A stretch of 44,817 nt of DNA from Priapulus caudatus (taxonomy: Eukaryota), in the NCBI RefSeq assembly GCF_000485595.1, contig NW_014577063.1, forward strand, positions 3,727-48,543. Reading direction: 5' to 3'. Shown piece after piece: positions 38,901-44,817 of this stretch (positions within the stretch are counted from its first letter, which is position 1; each line of letters opens with the position of its first letter). Under the pieces are notes generated by a model. It was not told the origin of the DNA. It did no database searches and saw only the letters and a list, made by a program, of their open reading frames with translations. Position numbers and translations under genes: made by a program.

Positions 38901-40356
38901 GACATCCGCGGAGTTTTGGCAAAGGGTACCCGCGGGGGATGTGGCTTGTTTCGTTACCAGCTGCTGTCTGTCACCGCCGACTTCTGCACTGTACGCCTGC
39001 CCCGACCTCGTCCTGACCTCTGGGCTCCGACGGCTGCTGCCCGCCGACCTTTTTTTGGGGTTCCCCCCCCCTGAAACCCGCATTTTCTGCCCCCCCCTGA
39101 CTCTCTGCACCGACGCTCCGCTGCCCGACTCTTGTCCTGAGCCTCTGGCCGCTGAATCTCTGCGGCCGATCGTGCCCCGACCTCTGGCGTGAACCTCTGT
39201 TTTCTCCCTGCAGGTGAGACACTGAATCCGGCAACCAGACGGCGGTGGGAGCGCGTTAACCCCCCGCGTGGACACCCCGAACACGGGCAGTGTTTGCGAA
39301 GGCGCGCNNNNNNNNNNCGTCATCGTTGTCGTGTGACGTCATCGTTGTCGTGTGACGTCATCGTTGTCGTTGTCGTGTGCTTGCAGATGCAGACGCACCC
39401 GGGCTGTGCGATGCTCAGTGAGGATAGTACGTTCCACAAGCTGGGTCAGCAAGGCCTCATCTCCTTCTCTGACTACATCTTCCTGCTGACGATCCTGTCG
39501 AGTGAGTGTGCGGCGGCAAACGCGCCCGAAACCCTTCCGCGATGCTGTCACGCGCGGCCATGAGTGAATCAATAGTGACTACAAGCATAGAAAACTTTCA
39601 TGTACTGCTGATCTAATACCTACTATCTCATGATTACAATGCTGAAAACATTTCACAGTGCTCTAGAACAGTGTTTTTCAACCACTGTGCGCGTATATTG
39701 TCTGGTGTGCCGTGGAAAAAAATTGGAAAAAAAATTGAAAACAAAAAACAAATTGAAAACAAATTAATTATTATCCGCAAATAATGTGCCGTGCTGTGTT
39801 ATTTTTCTTTGTGTTTATTTGATTCCTATTCAAGACACTTTGATGAGAACGACTTTATATTGTGAATATAGGCCACATAGTTTCATTTTTTAACATTTTC
39901 TGTTGGTGGTGTGCCTCGTGATTTTTTCAATGAAAAAATGTGCCTTGGTTCAAAAAAGGTTGAAAAACACTGCTCTAGAATAAAGAATAATATATCACGA
40001 TTATAATACTGAAAACGAATACTAGAATCACGTGATGACGCCGGCAGGATCGCCGAAGTTTTTGTCAAAAACTGTCGAGCTACAGATGTATCGCTGTGAC
40101 TACGCAGCAGCAGCAGCAGCAGCGCGTCTGCGTGCCACAACTATGTCTAGCTGCTCCGGTGATCGCCGAGCGTGTGTTGTCAGATGCACGTTCTTTTGTT
40201 CGTTCGCGTTTATTTACGCACGCACGAGGATTTCCGATCACTAATCGCTATTTTTTCTCGTCGTTGGTTGCAGCTCCGTCGCGCCATTTTGAAATTGCGT
40301 TCAAGATGTTCGATTTGAACGGCGACGGCGTAGTGGACATCGACGAGTTTGCAAAG
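31395..40356 (+). CDS. MICU1: MICU1 (mitochondrial calcium uptake protein 1), multi-exon gene, 5' part only; the 3' exons are not present in clean form in this window
   Basis: Exons 31395-31753, 32721-32958, 33705-33869, 34132-34169, (36590-36619), 39387-39501 and 40274-40356 have GT-AG boundaries and matching phases. They spell [108 protein letters not shown], colinear with human MICU1 as recalled. Confidence 0.96.
31769..31824. repeat. 15-bp tandem repeat, ~3.7 copies
   Basis: Unit tagtctcgtgaggca. Confidence 0.9.
31848..32155. mobile_element. TTAA-targeting MITE (Kolobok-like), copy 1, in a MICU1 intron
   Basis: TTAA|ATTGACTACGTCA ... TGACGTAATCACT|TTAA; homologous to 36134-36523. Confidence 0.75.
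32721..32958 (+). CDS. MICU1: MICU1 exon with acidic tract and polybasic KKKKR motif
   Basis: aaacag|g ttc gca...; (W)[22 protein letters not shown]...[31 protein letters not shown]; donor aag|gtgcgt, phase 0. Confidence 0.93.
33426..33696. repeat. 14-bp minisatellite (~20 units) abutting a MICU1 acceptor
   Basis: Unit ctctgcgctaacga. Confidence 0.93.
33705..33869 (+). CDS. MICU1: MICU1 exon [19 protein letters not shown]...[18 protein letters not shown], with an apparent frameshift at ~33783-33811
   Basis: Acceptor tttcag|ata and donor g|gtgagc. The two conserved halves are in different frames (from 33705 and from 33815). Confidence 0.93.
34132..34169 (+). CDS. MICU1: MICU1 38-nt exon [13 protein letters not shown]
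   Basis: ctttgcag|gg ctc ggg ctg gac cag...agg|gtgagt; phase 1 to 0; corresponds to human HLGLDQY..RFDGK. Confidence 0.92.
34627..34916. repeat. 14-bp minisatellite
   Basis: Unit ttgatttgaccgtg. Confidence 0.93.
35625..35990. repeat. (CT)n-rich microsatellite
   Basis: Direct inspection. Confidence 0.9.
36134..36523. mobile_element. TTAA-targeting MITE (Kolobok-like), copy 2
   Basis: TTAA|ATTGACTTATCTCA ... TGACGTAATCACT|TTAA; right ~220 bp align with copy 1. Confidence 0.72.
36590..36619 (+). CDS. MICU1: Candidate MICU1 cassette micro-exon ([10 protein letters not shown])
   Basis: Pyrimidine tract gtcttttctcacaccgctgtcgacag, 30 nt without a stop, consensus donor ggg|gtgagt. Phase 0-0 inside a phase-0 intron. 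Confidence 0.55.
37550..38115. repeat. 19-bp minisatellite (its end is repeated at 39319-39380)
   Basis: Unit gtcatcgttgtcgtgtgac/t. Confidence 0.9.
38125..39307 (+). pseudogene. MICU1: Indel-riddled second copy of MICU1 exons (38125-38246, 38833-~38925) plus the following exon (39214-39307); probably an uncorrected read or other haplotype rather than a true pseudogene
   Basis: Aligns by eye to 39387-40690 with many single-base insertions and ends at an N gap. 39214-39307 reads approximately [22 protein letters not shown] (human [22 protein letters not shown]). Confidence 0.75.
39387..39501 (+). CDS. MICU1: MICU1 exon [38 protein letters not shown]
   Basis: ttgcag|atg ... tcg a|gtgagt; phase 0 to 1; [11 protein letters not shown] signature. 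Confidence 0.95.
39669..39972. mobile_element. hAT (Charlie-type) MITE in a MICU1 intron
   Basis: Perfect 15-bp TIR CAGTGTTTTTCAACC; exact 8-bp TSD CTCTAGAA; empty site at 38430-38437. Confidence 0.93.
40274..40356 (+). CDS. MICU1: MICU1 EF-hand 1 exon (T)[27 protein letters not shown]
   Basis: ttgcag|ct ccg ... aag|gtac; canonical EF-hand loop [12 protein letters not shown]. Confidence 0.96.
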
Positions 40357-40380
40357 GTACCGCTTGTTTCTCCGCCGCTG

Positions 40381-40688
40381 TTCTGCCCCGACCTCTGCAC
40401 CGACTTCTGCCCCGACCTCTGCACCGACCTCTGCCTCGACCTCGTCCTGACCTCTGCACCGACCTCTGCCCCAACCTCGTCCTGACCTCTGCCCCGACCT
40501 CGTCTTGACCTCTGCCCCGACCTCTGCCCCGACCTCGTCCTGACCTCTGCCTTGACCTTTGCCCCGACCTCTGCCCCGACCTCTGCCCCGATCTCGTCCT
40601 GACCGCTGCCATGACATCGTCTTGACCTCTGCCCCGACCTCTGCCCCGATCTCGTCCTGACCGCTGCCATGACATCGTCTTGACCTCT
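40381..40688. repeat. 12-bp-based minisatellite
   Basis: Units cctctgccccga / cctcgtcctga. Confidence 0.9.
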
Positions 40689-40689
40689 N

Positions 40690-40892
40690 GGCTACCTGTG
40701 TGTTAGCCCGACCAGGCTCTACGACTGTAGTGAGAAGTGAGAAGGTAACTTGTGGCTACCTGTGTGTTAGCCCGACCAGGCTCTACGACTGTAGTGAGAA
40801 GTGAGAAGGTAACTTGTGGCTACCTGTGTGTTAGCCCGACCAGGCTCTTACGACTGTAGTGAGAAGTGAGAAGGTAACTTGTGTCTACCTGC
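40690..40892. repeat. 64-bp tandem repeat, 3 copies
   Basis: Units start at 40690, 40754 and 40818. Confidence 0.92.
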
Positions 40893-41096
40893 GTGTGCCG
40901 TAGCTCACACCCAGTAAGCGCGTACTAGTGCACTACTGGGTATTACGTTGTGGCGGTGACGTAAGCAGCAATGCTATGGTCCCTCGTTGCAGCAATATTA
41001 ATTATGATAATTGGTTCTTGAGCCGGGTCTCACTGGCTATTGTATGTGCCTTGTGGTTATTTCAGCCCTGAAGGTCGTACTAGTATATATATTGCC

Positions 41097-41640
41097 TAAG
41101 GAACATGCTATCGGTATTCCTGGAGGAAGGTTGTTGTGGTGTTCCCGGAGGAACATTATGCTAGTTCTCTTAGAGGAATATGCTATTGGTATTCCTGGAG
41201 GAAGGTTCTTTAGCTATGCTAGTACTCCTAGAGCGACGTGTTGTTGATGTTTCCTAAGGAACATGACATTGGTGTTCATAAAGGAACATGCTGCTGGTAT
41301 TCCTAGAGAAACATTGCATTGTTGTTCATAACGGAACATACTGCTGGTGTTCCTAGAGAAACATGGCATTGTTGTTCATAACGGAACATACTGCTGGTGT
41401 TCCTAGAGAAACATGGCATTGGTGTTTGTAAAGGAACATACTGCTGGTGTTCCTAGAGAAACATGGCATTGGTGTTCGTAAAGGAACATGCTGCTGGTGT
41501 TCCTCGAGAAACATGGCATTGGTGTTCGTAAAGGAACATGCTGCTGGTGTTTTCCTATGAGGAATATGGTACTAGTAAACATAAACGAACATGCAATCGG
41601 TGTTCCTAGAGGAACATGGTATTGGTATTCCTGGATGAAC
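41097..41640. repeat. 50-bp tandem repeat built from two 25-bp subunits
   Basis: aaggaacatgctgctggtgttcctagagaaacatggcattggtgttcgta at 41281, 41331, 41381, 41431, 41481, 41531. Confidence 0.9.
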
Positions 41641-41823
41641 GGTCTGCCATGTTCTCTAACGTCTGCCTTCATTATTGGACCTTCAGCGTGTGCGAGTGTG
41701 TTCATCGCGGCCCATCGAGCTGCGATTAAAGGTGTTTACGATATATCTATGGCAATCCATATCGCCGTCAGTACGGCCAACCTTGATCGACTCATCGGCC
41801 TGAGCGAGGTTAATGGTAACTCA

Positions 41824-42039
41824 AGGCGGGCTTATGTCGGGCTTGCGAGCCGACTCGACTGGAAGCAACTGGCTGCAATTCACTGCGACTGAAGTGCTTA
41901 GGTCGATCGACTGCGACGCGACTGCCTGCGACTGGCCGCCACTAGTTGCTCGGAATAGAACAGTGGGTAACTGGACGCAACTAGTCGCTGCTGATCGCTT
42001 CCAGTTGAGTCGGCTCGCAAGCCCGACATGCGCCCGCCT
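41824..42039. mobile_element. PIF/Harbinger-type MITE
   Basis: ~43-bp TIR AGGCGGGC..ATGTCGGGCTTGCGAGCCGACTC.ACTGGAAGC; 3-bp TSD TCA. Confidence 0.85.
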
Positions 42040-42445
42040 TCACACGCACACCCGCGCGCCCCACTGCACATTATCGCTAGATCGCTCGCTCACACGGTCC
42101 GCGTGCGATTTCACCGGGATGATCGGCACTTCGCCGCTGAGCAGTGTCTTTTAGGTCGTGCTGCGTGGCTGTAGTTGGCTGTCGATCGGTCTGCGGGCGC
42201 GTATCAGGTGAACGGGGCGGTGTCGCGGCGAAGGCGCGCTGGCTCGATCGGATCGTAACCGAGATGCTCATGTGTTTTCGTGTAGATGCTCGATAATCAC
42301 GCGCGCGCGCGCACTAGTGCCGCTTGGGTCCCGGTAGCGGCGCGGCGGGCCGCGTTAGTTGGCTGCGATCAATTAACCGCACGATTTTTGCGGCGGTATA
42401 CTTTAATGAATCTGCGATATTTTTTATTCGTAGTTTTTATCGTAG

Positions 42446-42745
42446 TTCCGAGTGGCTCCCTCTGCCGGCTGTACAGAGAATACTTGCGATGCTCTTGTTT
42501 TTCGTCGTCGGCGAAGAATTCGTCGGTTGTCGTGGTGACGGCATGTCGTTATCCGTCGAATCGGAGTCCTCCGCGCATTAGTAGCGGCGGCGGCGCGTCT
42601 GCCGTCGTCGCCATGGCGATGATTTTTATGGTCATGTTTGTGTGATTTTTATCTTTCGTTGTCGTGTGCAGCAATTATTGTCTCATCGGCACCTACGTTG
42701 TTCCTATAGTGTAGTAGTATACTTGAGTATATGTATATATATATA
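42446..42745 (+). repeat. ~300 bp direct repeat; second copy at 44521-44817
   Basis: ttccgagtggctccctctgccggctgtacagag...tacttgagtatatgtatat occurs at both positions. Confidence 0.9.
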
Positions 42746-42752
42746 TATATAT

Positions 42753-43689
42753 CAAGAGCTAATAAACACCTAGAGTGTACAACGGAAAAACGGGAAAATA
42801 GTGCTATTTTACGGCAATATTAATATTATTCTACTTTGCCTGCGAGGCTAGAATAATTTTATGGTATTGCATGAAGNNNNNNNNNNNNNNNNNNNNNNNN
42901 NNNNNNNNNNNNNNNNNNNNNNNNNNNNNNNNNNNNNNNNNNNNNNNNNNNNNNNNNNNNNNNNNNNNNNNNNNNNNNNNNNNNNNNNNNNNNNNNNNNN
43001 NNNNNNNNNNNNNNNNNNNNNNNNNNNNNNNNNNNNNNNNNNNNNNNNNNNNNNNNNNNNNNNNNNNNNNNNNNNNNNNNNNNNNNNNNNNNNNNNNNNN
43101 NNNNNNNNNNNNNNNNNNNNNNNNNNNNNNNNNNNNNNNNNNNNNNNNNNNNNNNNNNNNNNNNNNNNNNNNNNNNNNNNNNNNNNNNNNNNNNNNNNNN
43201 NNNNNNNNNNNNNNNNNNNNNNNNNNNNNNNNNNNNNNNNNNNNNNNNNNNNNNNNNNNNNNNNNNNNNNNNNNNNNNNNNNNNNNNNNNNNNNNNNNNN
43301 NNNNNNNNNNNNNNNNNNNNNNNNNNNNNNNNNNNNNNNNNNNNNCTAAAACAAGACCAACCGCTTGTCAATACGATACTCCTAGGCTGAGATATTGGCT
43401 CGGAAACTTCCCCTCCCACAGGCCTCACGGCGCCTCGCATCCACAATATTCACTATCCTTCTCGCCTTTTGCGGATCTGGCTATCGTTTTCCGTCGCCGC
43501 TTGGAGCGCTGATAATTGATGTCACATGCCCAAATTTGGTACTCAAACTACACCATATATAATTAAGTCTCTACAACGCAGCTCAGTTACTATTATTATT
43601 ATACGCATACAAAGTAGAATAATATTGCCGTGAAATAGCACTGTTTTCCCGTTTTCCCGTTGTACACTCTAGGTATTTATTAGCTCTTG
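42753..43689. mobile_element. Long-TIR DNA transposon inserted in a (TA)n microsatellite (interior partly N)
   Basis: ~85-bp TIR CAAGAGCTAATAAA.ACCTAGAGTGTACAACGG...; (TA)n on both sides. Confidence 0.82.
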
Positions 43690-44817
43690 ATATATATATA
43701 TATATATATATACATATATTTATATGTGTACGTGTATGTATAGTTTGCAGTTGTGTAACGTGAATAATTTTGTTCTGGAATAAAATGTAGGATTATTCAA
43801 TCTGATTTCCGATTTGAATGAAACAATGTCTTTAAATCGCCGTCCGTTAAGACTATGTTGTTCACGCGTGCGTGCTTGTGTGTGTGTGTGCGTGCTTATG
43901 TGTGTGTGTGCGTGCTTGTGCGTGTGTGCGTGCGTGCGTGCTTGTGTGTGTGTGTGTGTGCGTACGTGCGTGCTTCTGTGCGTGCTTGCGTGCGAGTCTG
44001 CGAGATAGAGAGAGTGGGGAGGTAGGGAGAGTGAGACATATCACAAATCAAACAAACAATATTCTACACAAAAATAGGAGAAATATATTTAAAAAACTGT
44101 CATGATCTTTTATTTATGTCCTATTTCATAAGAAAACAATATAGAAACAATCTATTAAATGTGTTATTATGTACCTGCCATTCTAAGAAACCATATAGAT
44201 CTAATACCAATGACTAAGCACATATTAAACCGAATTACCAGTACAAATATAGGCATCCGTAATACAACGGTTACGTACGGCACACATTGCCATCTTCTGG
44301 GTTCGCAGCACTCGCTAGATACTGTTCTGTTAATTCACGGACGATAGTGGGCACATAAAATAACCGCTAGGATCAAGGCCGGATTAAACTAGTGCGGGCC
44401 TGTAGCATATGTTATGAAAGGGGCCTTAAATAAAAAAAACCCACATAAATATGAAAACGTACATTTAAGTTAATCTAAATCTATTACATTTGTAATATAG
44501 ATTTACTGATAAGTAGCTAATTCCGAGTGGCTCCCTCTGCCGGCTGTACAGAGAATACTTGCTACGAGACTCTTGTTTTTCGTCGGCGGCGTAGAATTCG
44601 TTGGTTGTCGTGGTGACGGCTTGTCGTTATCCGTTGAATCGGAGTCCTCCGCGCATTAGTAGCGGCCGCGGCGCGTCTGCCGTCGTCGCATGGCGACGAT
44701 TTTTATGGTCATGTTTGTGTGATTTTTATCTTTCGTTGTCGTGTGCAGCGATTATTGTCTCATCGGCACCTACGTTGTTACGATAGTGTAGTAGTATACT
44801 TGAGTATATGTATATAT

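Noticed and set aside
40728..40880. AAG|GTAACT donor-like site in each 64-bp unit as a duplicated MICU1 exon end
   Set aside because: No frame resembles the expected downstream MICU1 sequence.
40690..41640. Regular 64-bp and 50-bp repeats as a CRISPR array
   Set aside because: Head-to-tail units without unique spacers, eukaryotic context, no cas genes.
42859..43512. ORFs spanning N runs (also at 234-683, 16764-17116, 27569-28048)
   Set aside because: Artefacts of assembly gaps.

Overview
Repeat-rich genomic DNA from an invertebrate animal (spliceosomal GT-AG introns, no CpG depletion, MITEs, mini/microsatellites). It comes from a draft assembly with N gaps and indel-riddled stretches that look like uncorrected long-read fill. 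There are no prokaryotic features. Two + strand genes can be reconstructed by hand. (1) A four-exon secreted protein of about 320 aa (12800-25676): signal peptide, Arg/Tyr/Pro/His-rich segment, amphipathic helix, a divergent 8-Cys SUEL/Gal_Lectin domain and a C-terminal YNGY-GKR amidation-like end. Its exons 1-3 lie in a ~7 kb block that is present twice in full and once partially. (2) The 5' part of MICU1 (31395-40356): KKKKR motif, [32 protein letters not shown] and EF-hand 1. It has a candidate 30-nt cassette micro-exon at the junction where vertebrates insert the MICU1.1 micro-exon, and a degraded second copy of three exons that preserves the empty site of a hAT MITE. One orphan minus-strand exon lies at 689-959. 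About a dozen non-autonomous transposons and solo LTRs can be delimited by TIR and TSD. All family assignments are by motif recognition; no database search was run.
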